A DNA stretch of 64,000 bases from Obrimoposthia wandeli (Eukaryota): the NCBI GenBank assembly GCA_977020255.1, contig CDROCS010001737.1, forward strand, positions 186,001 to 250,000, read 5' to 3'. Of the stretch, positions 26,900 through 40,917 are shown in pieces (within the stretch, counting starts at the first letter, position 1; the number at the start of each line of letters is the position of its first letter). Below the pieces are notes generated by a model. That model was not told the origin of the DNA. It did not search any database and was given only the letters and a program-made list of their open reading frames with translations. The translations under genes and the position numbers were made by a program.

Positions 26900-29165
26900 T
26901 AAGGAAACTAGTTTGTATATTTTGGGGCTGATTTCGATAAAGATTTATTTCATAACTTTACAATTTTATTGATAAATAATCTAGACACTAATTAAAACAT
27001 TTTATGAAACTCATTTATCTATACATATAAATCAATAGCATATATTTCAATATTTTAAAATATCAAGATGCTGTAATAGTAGTATAAAAGCCGTCACTCG
27101 GACATAAACAATTATTGTCCTCAAATAAAAATTATTAATGTTGACAGAATCTCGATTTTATTTCATTTTTGACAACATGATGTTTGCTGACAAAAGTCAT
27201 TTCACAAAGAATACGACAGTCATACATTTGATATATCGCAAGATCTTGCAGTAACTGAACATTAATCTTAAGAGTTTAAATTGCTGTTTCTCATGAAAGA
27301 CAAAATAAACTAAGGAAATGAATAGGATCTAGCCCATCTTCTGCTAAAGTTTTTACACGAAAGAACTCTAACAGATCAGGTAAAAGTTAAATGTCTAACT
27401 TCATATAATAAAGCCTATACTTTAGGAGATTTCGATAATTACTCTCCCAAAATGTACGAGCCTCATTATAGTTTGGAAGACTTACACCTTCGAATTCAGT
27501 TATGGGCGGTATTTCTGTTGTATTTTGTAAATCTGCAAAGGTTTTCGCAAATTTATAAGGAAAAGTCCCTTATAATTAATCGAAGCTGGAAACACTGACT
27601 GTAATTGGCCATAAATGTAAAGAAGCCGTTAAATTAATTTAAATACCCGCTTATAAACTTCAGAGAATCTATAAATCTTAAACTGCAGAATTCAATATAT
27701 GCAGTTATAGGTAAATATTTCTCTGAAATTCAAGGTAAACAAGATAATTTCCATGAAGTTAATGTTCTCAACGCGTATTTAATTATGCAAATCATATTCT
27801 TTGATTTTATGAAATACAATGGGAATGCGTGCTTTTTGAGGGAGTCATCGGCCAAGGTTACAATGGTTGCATGCTGCTCTCAGGTTTCACCCCACATCGT
27901 GATCTCTGACTAACTTAGACCGGCTACTACACAAATAGCAAGTTATATTACAATTAAAATCAACCCAGTCTATGCCAGTCATAATCATTGGTTGGTGAGC
28001 ATTAAGATCATACCATGGTTTTATAATTGTAGTTCCTAATTCCTCTAAACTGCATAACATAAAATCTAAAATACAATTTGAACCGGAAAATTCATGATAC
28101 ATGGTTATATTGAAGCCTAAGAATAATAGTCATGTCGAAGCCGGTAGGCAAACACTCATACTGTTCATGCAAAGCTAAAATTGTTTTAAATTCATCATAC
28201 ACGCTGAATTCGAAGTGTATTCATTTTGCCCAATCCCTGAAATTGATATCTTTACACTTAGGCATGCTATAGAGCGTATTGTCATCAAGATGCAGTGTGT
28301 ATATTGTTAAGTGTTTTTATAAGAGAGTTTGCATCTAAATCCATGCAAACATCTATGACAGCACTTACACCTTGTCCTAACTGGTAAGTGTCAATTATCT
28401 AAATGTAAAAGACTATATAAATTGGGAATTGCAGCACAGTTAAATTTATTATTGTGTTTTAGTAAAATCAAGTTGACCAGAGTTCTTTCAATTTTTTCTC
28501 CTATAAATTACTTCTACAAAAGGATTTTAAAAAATTTATTCTTCTGTTACATTAATTGTGATATAAGTATTATATTTGTATACATTAATAGTCAAGTTAT
28601 TAATGTGTTAAATTCTTGATATCGTAGTTAATTTAACATGGAAATATATTCCATGAAACTGCAATTCATTTAAGAAATTTATATATTTACTGGCACGCTA
28701 TCTATCTGTCCTCAGTAATTACATCCCTTTTGAAGAAGGCTAACACGTTATACAGAAAGCAAAGTCTAACACTGTTTTTACGTTAACAATGGAACGTGAG
28801 AGTTGAAGATATCTAGCTTAAGGAACATATGAAATCCCCGAAAGATAAATCATATCAATGAACTTTGTTAAAACAAAGTTAACATCGTTAATTCTGACTA
28901 GAGTCCATCCACTACTTAACTCGCTATAATTATCAGTTTTTTTATCTAAATTTCTTCCAATCTCAGTTACAAAATTATCATAGAAAACAATAGCTTTATG
29001 TGAATTACTCAAATTTTAAGTTTCTCATTGACATTCTTAAACTACACCGTTGCACAAAACTGAACTTTAGACTGCCCTAATTTTGTCACTTCTGACTTTA
29101 AAAGATTATTGATATTTGAATCTACATCTACGTTTAATAAAATTTTATTTATCATTGGCACTTTA
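26900..29165 (-). mobile_element. Decayed Polinton/adintovirus-type protein-primed DNA polymerase B with endonuclease VII-like motif
   Basis: SGWTLVRI...SGISYVP..IVNVK, CYLC...VRDH..G..RAAC..CNL, IPIVFHKIKEYD and LDPIHF match pPolB family motifs. Many stops and frameshifts. Confidence 0.75.
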
Positions 29166-29166
29166 A

Positions 29167-32100
29167 CTATAACATATTTGTTATTAGGTGATACTCTATA
29201 GTAGTACCGTTTCCCCTACGTTTTTTTAGTGAGGCCTTATTTATAAATTGGCTTCGCTTTTTTCTACCTACCATCGCCGATATACCTCCTCCTAATTGAA
29301 CAAGTCCATTATTTATATTCAAGAGTTCTGTTGAAGTTGTCGGCGGTGCTGCTGATGTAGATGATGTGTCTGACGTGAAAGATGTTGCAGTTGACGCTGT
29401 AGCTGATGTAGATGCTGCAGCTGACGAAGTGGTCGGGGTCACTCTAAGAGCAGATCCGGAAGATGATGATGCTGCCGTTGAAGACACAGCTGTTGAAAGA
29501 AAAAAACAATAATTATATTATATAATTTAAAATAAATTACTTATTAAGCCTGTAAACCTTGATCCTATCGCCACCATCGTTGTGTGGCTGCTCTGGGAGC
29601 CGATTATGCAGCTTCTGAATAATATATATATATGCATTAATTTATATTTATTTTAGAAATTACCTCTAAACTCTGCAAGCATCGACGTAGGTACTCACAC
29701 TGGAGAGAGAATTACAGCTGTAGTAGGGACGTCGTCGAAGAAGTTCCTGATTAAAAAATAAAATAATGAATAATTTATATGAGCAATTCCAATAATTTTT
29801 TAAAATCATAACAAGAATTAACTGTGAAACTTGATGAAACTAAACCAACTGCAGCAAGTGGGGAAGAAAGTCTTCTTCGTCGATTTCATCTAATCACTCT
29901 TTGTCCTCCATCGTTCTGCAGAATGAGCAGACGTAATATTCCTGCCCATAATACATTGTCCGATAGGTTACAAGAAATCTAGAAAATATGAAAATTAATA
30001 AAGTTAACAAATTAAAAGGTTCCTGCCATATTCATATTTTTTAAATCTGGGATTGAAATGAAAAAAAGGGCGAGCTTATATACACTAGAGCTATTATTTA
30101 GGCACACACACTTTTATCTTATTAGCCAAAATTATTAAAAATTTATTTTATTCCTCCAATTATAAGGATTGTTTATATACATGTCAGGTAATAGTAAGAT
30201 AGACTTATACACTTTTTATCTGTGTAATTTTCACCATGATCATGATATGAACAGAAAATATTTCTTGAAATTTTTAATAAATAATCATGTGAAATATTAA
30301 AATTGTTTATTCTCAATTTTGGAAAATAGATTTTTAATATCCTGTACATTTTGCCATTCATTTTATATAAAACATTAAAAAACTCATTTTTCAATATCAA
30401 GATTAGAATTAATTTTATTAATTTCCTTCTTTCCATTTTAACAATAAAACTATTTAGTGAGATATAATTTAATAAATTTATTCTTGTAATCTACAAACTT
30501 AAACGGGATATATACATGAAATATAAAATGTAAAGGATGAAAAACATCACATACATCCATAATATATAATTCTTTTATAATATAATCTCCATCTTTATTA
30601 ATGAAAGCCTCAAAATCAATGAAATATTCTTGCTAAATTATCCAAATATATGGCTTTGTTTATAACGAAAAATATAGTAAAAAAATTTATTAAAAGGTCA
30701 AAATAATTTGCCGTATTCATTTTTTCTCGTTAATCCTATGAATATTAAATTAAAGTATATGAAATGTAATCCTACCTAAATATTTTCAAAGTAAATTGCA
30801 TTTTTTTATCTCCAATCATTTCTGGAGTATCGTTTATTGAAGAAATTAATCTTTTTATTCTTCCATTAAATCTGGAGAAGTTACTATTTCATTTATTCCA
30901 ATTTATTTTATAACCCATCTTATAGAAACTTGCAAATATAAAATTGTTTATACCTAGTAATGTTAAATCAAATATTTAGACAATAACTGAATTTTTTATA
31001 ATAATGTTAACGATAAATAATATTTACAAATATATAATCTTAAAAGAAACATATTTTGAAACGTTCATTTTTAGGAATAGGGCCTTCTTCCAGTTGATGC
31101 TGCAGGACCTTTTTATTTTGACTTGATGTTTATCCTCCATATCCACCTTTTTCGTTCTGCTAATGGCTATTATCCATCTCAAACTTCTTATTCCAATCCA
31201 GGACCCTTCTTTTTCCTGCTAGTCGCCTATATTGTATATCCACTTTCTTGTTCCATTCAGCGGAAACAGTGTCATATAAATTCTGGTTTAAAATTATCTT
31301 TCATAGGTTACCTTTCTTGAAATTTTTCGCGATATTTTTGGCTGTCCGTGCCAAGTGATCCTTCTTTTGTGAGAATTCCCTTTTATAAATAATGAAATGA
31401 TAAATAAAGTTGAACCTATTTATATAAATTTGAATAATTTTAATCCAACTATATCTAAAAAAGGAATTTTTTACTATTTAATTTACAACTAAAGAACACT
31501 TTAATAAGTAAAAAATTACTAAAAAGATATAAAAATACTATATTTTATGAGAAATATATATAAAAGTTATTTTATTAATAACAAGTATTTCTAAGTATTT
31601 AACTTTATAACTTTAGCGAAATATATATAGGCAAAAATGGAAATGCTTTATTTAAAATAAATTGAACTTTAAAAAATCCTTATAATAAAAATTCTAATAT
31701 GAAAAGAAGAATAGATGTTACTTCTTAAAAATTATATGTTTTGAAAACATTTAACGAAGTTATCATCAGGATCATCCTTATCGATATCTCTCTGACTTAG
31801 TAGGCGAGGTTCAAAAGGTACTGGCTGGTTCTTCTTCGGTCCCCGGATTCTTCTTCGGCTACACAACTACTTGATGCTGTGCAGCAAATACTGTCCCAGA
31901 CCGTTTTGGCTGGATTAGCTGCGAATTTTTGAGAGGTGCTGCAACAGATGTATATGTCCTGACAGATGAAGTTAACGTCTGAGATAATGAAGGCATCTTC
32001 TTTTACTGGTCCTTTTCGCGCCCCATCTGCCGTGCCACTGCATCCTGTTGGCAGTTGAAAACAGGATACAAGGCCAGTTGTGGGCGCGAAGTCTCCAGTT

Positions 32101-34846
32101 CTGCTATGAACTCGTCCAACCCAGCATCGAGCCAAGCCCTCTGTAAATTTTGGCTTGTAAATGCTACAGAAAGATGAGATATTTCAACATTCTCCCAAGC
32201 TCACGCCAAGTTTTGTTTTAGACTGAATCGCTGTTGAATAACCGGTGGTGATAGACTAGAGTTTACCAGCAATGTATCCTGTAAACGATGCTGGCTGGGA
32301 GGAGGAGTTACCCTGATCCGAGCGACGAGGATATTTTTGTACAATATCAACCCCTCATACGCCGGTGAAGGAAGATTCTCATGTTTAACTATCTTCACGT
32401 GTGCAGTCACGAGCATACTGGTGGTCACCTTTCTTCTTTTCTTCTTGTGCACCCCCGCCCGCTGCTAGTTCTCTGGTATGATAGAAATAGCCTATCCCAG
32501 CAACTCATCCAGTTGCTGCATCTGATGGGTTTCATGCATTAAAAAATATAACTGTTCTTAAAAAATTATAATATGAAATCACCTCTATAACTGGCAAGTT
32601 TGCCTGTTTCACCAAATTTGTCTTCTTGCTACGGACTGTCGACCCCTTTTGCCATCATAGACTTTCACATCACTGCTTGTTTCCGTCAGAAAGTATGATT
32701 GCAGAATCCTCTTCTAGCACGTCCTACACCTGGTCAGCTTCTTAAATTAATAATTATTTATATTTTTCTAAATTAAATTATTTACCTGAGTATTATTGAA
32801 TTGATGCAATAATTTCCGGTTCCAGTAAACTCTCCATCGAAGTCACCATCGGTGCCATATTCAGTTGAAGTTTCTGAAAAATAAATGTGAAACTTATGAA
32901 TTAAATAAATAATGCAACCTCATTTGTTACCTTTATTATCCGGCCTCGTCTCACAGGAGCCTGTGGGCCTAGGAATACTTCTGCCACCGTATCATCTGCA
33001 GTATGAGTCAGAGTAGAAGCCGGGATAAGACCGTCACATTCATCCGGAAAGAGACACCACTCATCATCGTCCTACTCAGCAATGGTCCAGTCGTTTGTGG
33101 ATGGAGCACTGATACGTTTCGGGAGAGTTGAGGTGAGACCGTCCCACTCGTTAAGGAAAGGAGTGAGATCCTTGTTCTCGTCAAATTCTAACATGATACT
33201 GTCTTTGATTTCTCGGGTTACATTATCAGATGAGAGAGTCACTCGACGATGAAAGGAGTCAGATTCTCCTCATGAGTCGGCATTTCAAAACTCGTTTCAT
33301 TCACTGCCGGTTCTTCGAAGAGGTACTCGTCGGAGTATGAAGTGATAACGGTCTCCGACTGAAACAACGATACTATCTTCCACGGGCGTTTGATGGCCAC
33401 CTCGAAGTTATCAAAGAGATTGCTCCTATTTCTTGTCAGTGTCTCAAACGGCATTATTGCTGCTTCTGCAAAGTTTATGGACGAGCTACTGCATTTCGCC
33501 GAGAAACACAGTTTTTAATCGACTACTGATATCATGTCGATATATTGGGTTCTTGCTGCTGTTTTTCTTGAAATCAAAGTGTGAGATGTTCACTCATGTC
33601 CATCGGCTCTTAACTTGGTGTTGATCCTTGGTTCACCACGTCGAGTCTTGACTAAGTAAGTCAATGTACTGCGACGATGTTGGCGTTCAGAGCTGTTCTG
33701 GTGAGAAGTCTCCATACAGCTCCAGATCCAAATCATCTTCTAAATCGACATTATTCTAGAAGGACATTCTATTGATTTTTGTTTTATGGAAAAGTAATGT
33801 AAAAACTCTTCTTATATACACAAACATCAGACTAACCGTCTTTTATCGTGCAATGAGAGCATGTTATTCAAATAGTTTATTTGAAAATCGATAGTAATTT
33901 CTTATGTTTTTGACTAAATAAGTAGAAATCTTTTTAGTAAATATGGACATAAAGGAGATACTCACCTTCGCAGCCGAAAATATGGCTTTTTTGGACCACC
34001 CTCCATAAGAGGTGGGTGGGTGGATTAGACCTGACACATCCACCTAATTTCTTATATTTTATCGATTCGCCACTGAAACTGATATTTCTCTTGTATGTAT
34101 CCATGTGTATCCATAGAATATGGATCACTTGTATTAATTTGTATTAAATTCAAAGGTTAACTTGGCGAAGAAACATTTTTCAAATTGTTGATTGTTGAAT
34201 CACTGAATCTTCAAAGTAATTTCACAAAATTTATGGATTTTGTTGACACAAACACATGCACTAGAAAAAAACACGATGAAAATCCACACTATTATTGATT
34301 CTCATCATAAAATCATATATATTTATAGATCTATTAATGGAACTAATGTTGCAAAAGGCCATGTTCTGTATGTCAGTCTGAGGAGATAATTTTTCAGCCA
34401 GGAAGTAGCAGTAACGATTGTTGCAGTAATAAAGATTGCCGAATAGAGGGACAGACGAGTGGATGCTTAAACTGTAACCTAGTCCCGCTACGATTGCGTC
34501 AGTCTCAATGTACTGATGTCGATCAGTAGACAAGCGATGTGATTGCCACCAGATGGACTGCGACCGGGTAGTACAAACTGGAAAAATTCTAAGAGAAGTC
34601 AGAAGAGAAGTAAGAGAAGTCATATATAATAAGCAATTACTCTGAAGACCCCTCCAGGAAAAATCATTGAAAAACTATTGGGTTTGAAACATCTAAAAAT
34701 GATAAAGTGCAGTCATTTAAAAATTTATTAGCGAACTTCAAAAATGCATTCCAATTAATGGAATAATTAATATTCCCAACAGCTGCGTTTGTATAATCTT
34801 GCACACAGACTTTTTTCTTATAAAATAGGCCTCTCGTCTGCATCAC
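29167..34846 (-). pseudogene. Multi-exon pseudogene, possibly the spliced 5' part of the pPolB gene
   Basis: Phase-compatible GT-AG exons 32931-33755, 32786-32873, 32583-32740 and 32521 to about 31770, plus smaller ones to 29167. HKKKRRKV NLS-like motif and YVCSFC...PHL..FH. Internal stops and frameshifts. Confidence 0.6.
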
Positions 34847-35989
34847 TCACAATTTTAAAAAAAATTGTTGAAAAATTTCTAGAATAAAAAACAAGTCAAA
34901 ATTTAATTGTCATAAGGATTTTGGTTAAAATTTGTTAAACTTTACTTATTATATTGTTACCAATTATCCAATTCATTTTTGTTGATTTAACCAATTTATT
35001 GTTGCTTCAAACTCAATCTATAGTTATTTCAAAGTTTTATAATATTTCCTGAACCATTACATGAATGTCTTTGTTGTTAATGCCAATCTGTTCTCCATAT
35101 CTTCTGCCAAATGGACTAATTTAGTATGGTTGTTCAATAAAAGCTTGTAAACGTATTGTGACATTCTGAATGTAAAAATTGCTGTTAAAATGAAAATTTA
35201 AACCTACAAAACTTTTTCACGAATCCTTTCATTATTTGTAAAAACGAATCTGTGTTAAAAATTATGTTGAGAAACCGAAAAAGAAAGAGTAAAAAATAAT
35301 AAACAGTCTCTCATCGGTATGATATACACTGTTTCATGAAAATGCAGTCACAAAAACATATTCTTGTATATATAAAGATTTTGAGTTTGATGTTTTATGA
35401 AGATATAAAATAATTTATAGTATCCTTTTAGCGCAGCATGACTTTAAGATTTTATTTTAAAATATTTTTAAAACAGAATTTACTCAAAAATTGATTGTAT
35501 TTAAAAATTTTCGAATTTTTAATTTATGAAATTTCTTTAAATGGTTTTAGATTTGTTTTATCATGCAGTTTCAATATATAATAATTAAAAATAAAATTGG
35601 TGTTTTACTTTTAAATTATTTAAATTAACTTTAAATTAGCACAAAAACAACTAATTAGAAAATTTATCCAAATTTTAATTTTAATTATATTTAAAAGTTA
35701 TTAAATCATATGACTGTAAAGTTTATTTATTTTGTTTTCTTCGATATTTTGACAGTCTACCAATAGATCAACAACAAATTACTATAAATTATTGGAACAT
35801 TTGAATTTATGATTTTTAAATTTGGATCTACTGAAACTTGAGACAAATTGTAATTTTTTTATGAAATCTTTTCATTTATATTTTTATTTTAATGTATTTT
35901 ATAAGAAAATGTTATTCGAAACTTATGATATAAAAGATTGAAGAAAGTGAAATAGAAGAAAAAACTAAACGAATTGTAACTCCTGTCAT

Positions 35990-37450
35990 CAGTTCACTTA
36001 ATGTTTTATTATTATGTAGGACTATAATGATTTGTGTAATAAAATAAAGATTTCAAAAATATTACATTTCAAAATTTCTTATTTAAAATTTAAGAATAAA
36101 CATATTTTCCCTATAAAATTTGTAAACACTATCTAAATAGTTAAGGTAGGTAAATTGAAATTAATTGCAATCTTATATAATCTTTAGTTTACTTTATATG
36201 AAAAAAATAGAACAATCAATGTTGAAGAGTTGTTTATTATTGGCAGAAACAAATCAAGTACAGTAAAAGTTTATTAATAAATTAAATAGGGGGCAATGAG
36301 ATGACGATGATGGGTGGGTAGTGAAAGTGGTGAAAGTAGAAGGACCTAAAAGTGTATATTGTTTTACTAAGGTGGACGAAAACCACAGAAAAAAGTTAAT
36401 GTTTCCAAATATTTTTTTTTTAAAATTGTAAATCGATTTTTTGATGTTTTGGCATGATGTTTTTAATAAAAAAGATTTTTAAGTATTTATGAATTTATGC
36501 TCTACCCCAAACAGTCAATTATATACATAACTTACATAGATAATTATTTAAAATAATTATGTTTAGTCCAGTTTTGTTTCAAATGTTAACAATGTAAGAG
36601 CAATAAACATCTTTCCATTTCAGAAATATCTTAATTAAACTTTCAACATGTTTTTAATCAAATTCTCTGGACAACACATTTTTACTTTTATTGTCAGTTA
36701 ATGATAAAATCATTTTTGTAAATATTTTTGTACTGATTTCAAATATACCATACAAATTCTTATATCGTTTATAAATTTTGGATTAAATGATTTTATATAG
36801 CATTTTTTGATTTTCTGAAAATCTTTTAATTTACATTCTATAGTATTTATAATAATTTTTTTCATCGATTTTATATTTAATTATAATAATAAATCAAATA
36901 TTTCTAGTATCATCAAACTGTAGTTGCAACAATGATTTTCGACATTTTTGTTACGTTTTTTCAGTAAAGTCTAAATTTTCAGAAGCAAATTTAAAATTTT
37001 GTGGATGTGCGAGTGAATATCATGATAAAGCATGGGGTCTTCATGTTTCTGGTCGTAATTGTCCCACAAATTTATTTAGCTGGTCAAATGAAAATATATA
37101 ATTGTATCGCCTCTATACATAAATTTAGACGATGAAACGATTATAAAAGGTACTCGCGAATTTGGAATGTCATTAAAACTACATTTTTCTTATTATTAAT
37201 TTTTTTCAGAAAATTTAGGTGATTTAAGTGATGAGTGTGGTGAATGGCTTCATCAGCAAATGTCATTTATGGAGAAGCGATATTCAGGAAAATCAGTATC
37301 AAAAATCGTATGTGAGTTTTGTGAGTTTTTTTAAAGATAATATTCAGAAAATTGAGAAAATTATCCTCAAAAAGAAAAATCAGCAATTCAATGAATTATT
37401 GTTACTATAATTTGAAGAAAAAAATCAAATTTTGTTTTTATAAAAGCCTT
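35990..37450 (+). mobile_element. Decayed Chapaev3-like (CMC) transposase
   Basis: DLSDECGEWLHQQMSFMEKRYSGK near 37220 matches the SDE(H/Q)GERFHQD..MEKRYQG motif. Family name is from recall. Confidence 0.5.
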
Positions 37451-39179
37451 AACTTGACTTAATTGACTACAGCTACAAATTCTGAGCTTAGAGGTATTCT
37501 AAAAATTAAAATTTTTAATCTTGAAGATGGAATAAAATTTTGTGGTGTTTAAAGATATTTTGAAAAATATTCATTTTATTATATTATAATATGTAATTAA
37601 ATTTAAAAATAAATTACCTTTCTTCTCTTGTTTAAATATCCTTCAATTACTTGTCTGGAATAGTATCTCTGAACCATTGACATGTATGGTGATACATTTT
37701 AGACTGTGACTATGAATTTGATTCTGATAAACTGTATATCTCTTTGAACTTATTTTCACTGAATAGATTTTATGTATCATTAACCAAAATATATTGAATT
37801 TTCTTTGACTACTGCAAGTAGAGTTTTCTTTTCATCAAATTACAAAGAGAAAGTAAATGTATTTTCTTCTTTACAATGTGCAAATGACTAAGAGTGTAGT
37901 TTTACTTCCAAACCCAATATAGAACACTGAGTTTATAGACTTTCTTACAATAATTGTTTTCCTTATTGTTTATCACGTATTGGAATATTCACTCTATCGC
38001 CTAATTCTGCATGGATTAGTCAATTTATACACATTATTAATTTTAGTTGATGAATTTTCTTTAGATTTTCCATTATTATTAGGCATCTTGCATTGAAAAA
38101 TACACATTGAATAAATAGGATATTTCAAATGATTCCTGACGTAAAGCAGCCTCCAACTTTTCCTGAATATTAACTGCTATTGATGGGCTCCTAATATCAA
38201 AAAAATATTTATGTGAATAAATTTCTTTATTAATTAAATTATAATAACAACCAATTATTAAGGGACCTCATAGTTCTTTAAAACACAAAGTTGAACCACG
38301 ATGATGATGATGATGTAAGTGACTAAAATTACCCCCCACACCACTGAAACTTACCTTAAAAAGAGCCAGAACTGCTGTTAGGAAGATTTTTCGATCATAT
38401 ATTATCTCTAAAGATTTGATCTTATATAGTTTAATAAGATACCCCGATCTACCTATTTGTAAATTTGTGTGCCAGTTAGTATTGCAAAGTTTCATGTTCT
38501 TATTATACTATAGGACCTTTTGAATCAAAGGTGTAATTTTGACAAAATGTATTCATTTTTCGATTGAAATTAATTTATGCTTTAAAAGTGTTTGATTCAT
38601 TAATGTATGACTTCTTATTGCATTGAGATTCATATATAAAATTTAATTAATTAACGTTTTAATTAGCAAAAATGACGTTTTAGGAATTATTTCGTATACA
38701 AACTTTAATTAACTTTAAATTAACGATGCTATCAGTTAGTATTTTATTATGCATCTTAGCATATGTGTTCAAATGTAAAGATTGAGCTTATAAACTAAAA
38801 CTTATTGTACAGTTTTATTTTCTCCCATCAGATTGGTGAAAAAAATTGTTTAAGTTGAAATTGACAAAAAATGTTGAAATATTGTTTACAAAAAATTGTT
38901 GGTTTCAGAAAATACAGGATAATATTCAATTGTTAACTTTGCACTTTGAGATGATGTAATTTTTTTGTGTGGTGATAATCAAATTACGTATTTCATGAAA
39001 TTGTGACTTTCTAATTTGTTGGCAGAATTTGTTATAGCCAGCAAAAATCTAAAATTGAAACAATACCAACGTAACCCGTATTGGATGTATTTGTATGCAC
39101 ATGTGTTAGCTTTTGTTATATTAGTGGGAAACAACAAGATTGAACACAGTAATGGACAACAAAAATGTATATATATATT

Positions 39180-39922
39180 TGTTATATTTGATTATTATTT
39201 CCAACTAATTCATTAGCAATAATTTCTGTTTTCAGTAATAACAGCAACAAAAAATGATCAGCAAAATTATATTTTCAGGAATAACAATAAAATAATGATC
39301 AGTTAAAATTCTGTTTTAATCAGTAAATGCAATAACAATGGTCAGCAATAATTTTGATTTTCTGTAATAGCCGTAATAATTATTGTTAGCAATAATGTAT
39401 GTATTCTGTAATAATTAGGATCAGCAATAATTCCTGTATTCTGTAATAACAGTAATTATTATAAACATCAATAATTTCTGTATCGTTTTCTGTAATAACA
39501 GCAATGATTTCTGTATTCTGTAATAACAGTAATAAATATGATCAGCAATAATTCTTCTTTTCTGTAGCAATTTAAAAAAGTAGTTTTAGAAATTATATCA
39601 AATCTTTCTATGACAAACAATTTTATATTAATTTTTCTATCATAAGTGACATTACATAAATTAGTAGACACACACATAAATCGGCACCACTACACAGATA
39701 GAAGCAGTAAAATAACATGTGTGTATGTAGTAAAATTGGATAGGCAGAAAAATAGATTGAGGATGCAGTCATTTCTTCTGTGTTATCTCCTACTTTGCGG
39801 ACAATTTTCCTACCGCGAAGCACAAGATAAAACCTGAACATCACTGACAAAAATTGCTGTTTGACTGTGGGCACTTCGATAAATTGATTTAAATTTAAGT
39901 TGTAATATTTTAATTCCCAACA
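39180..39922 (+). mobile_element. Nested LTR-like element with degenerate internal tandem repeats
   Basis: tatt|TGTTATA...CCCAACA|tatt. Loose TCTGTAATAACAGCAATAAT repeats at 39220-39560. Confidence 0.75.
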
Positions 39923-40917
39923 TATTCAATTTTTCCAATAAACAGTTCGGAGAAAATATTTTCCAATTTAGATTCAAACTGTCTTTAGGATTCGCATTTT
40001 CCTTTCTAAACTGTTAAATTTAATTTGTCTTTTGGATTTAAATTGTCCTGTCTAAAATATTAAATTCAACTTGTTTGTCCTTACTAAAAAATATCAGATT
40101 CAAATTGTAATTACAAATAAGTCTTCTGGCGATTTTAGTTTTTATGTCAATTGAATTACTGGGGTATTTTATTGTTTTTGGCAGTATATACTGCCGTTTT
40201 ATAAATGGCAGCTGCACTGATAATTCTGCTGAAATTCTGCCCACACCGCGTATCCTTTCCCCAGACTTACACCAGGGACAAAACCACACACAGACAGGGA
40301 AGAACTGTGTATGCTCGCGACAAGAGAGATCGTCGTAAAAAATGTTTGATAATAAACAAATACACACAGACATGCATAAAAACACAAGTGAGTAAGTGAA
40401 TAGTGAGTGTGTGAGTGAATATATGCGTTAGTGTGTGCCATAATTGCTGTGTGTGTGGTGCATGTTCGTGCATTTGAGCACATTTTTGATGATCCTTTGG
40501 ATTGTCGGGGACTGACAACAAAAAAGGAAGTAACAAATGCCAAAGTGCATTTACTAATTTATTTTAATGAATATGTAATTAGGGGTAACTATAGAGACTT
40601 TGTACGTAATTAATAGCGTATTTTGAAATCCAATTTCCATAAAAAATAAAACGACAATATACATCAATTCAAATAGTGTTTTTGTATTAAAGTACAAATA
40701 TATACAAAAGTGTTATTCCTCTATACAAACATTTATTTATGATAAAAATCGGTAGCTTATTTCTATTTATTGATACATTTTGGAATTTCCAACAGATATT
40801 TGAATGTTAGTAATGTCTTCAAATAACAAATTAATGAGCAATCAATGAATCTTTTCCAATTGACAAATTTAATAAACAGTTGGATTAACAATTGTGTCTG
40901 ATGAAAAATAAATTATG

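Noticed and set aside
32931-33755. Non-standard genetic code (TAA/TAG=Gln, TGA=Arg or Trp) or U-to-C editing suggested by stop-rich exons
   Set aside because: 733 SPG11 codons and the young hAT ORF contain no internal stops and end in TAA. In this exon, repeated peptides lie in different frames, showing real frameshifts, so many of the stops were simply out of frame.
37640-38500. Possible Merlin/IS1595-like transposase remnant on the minus strand
   Set aside because: Only vague motif echoes (QIGRSG, VND..NLF), too decayed to support.
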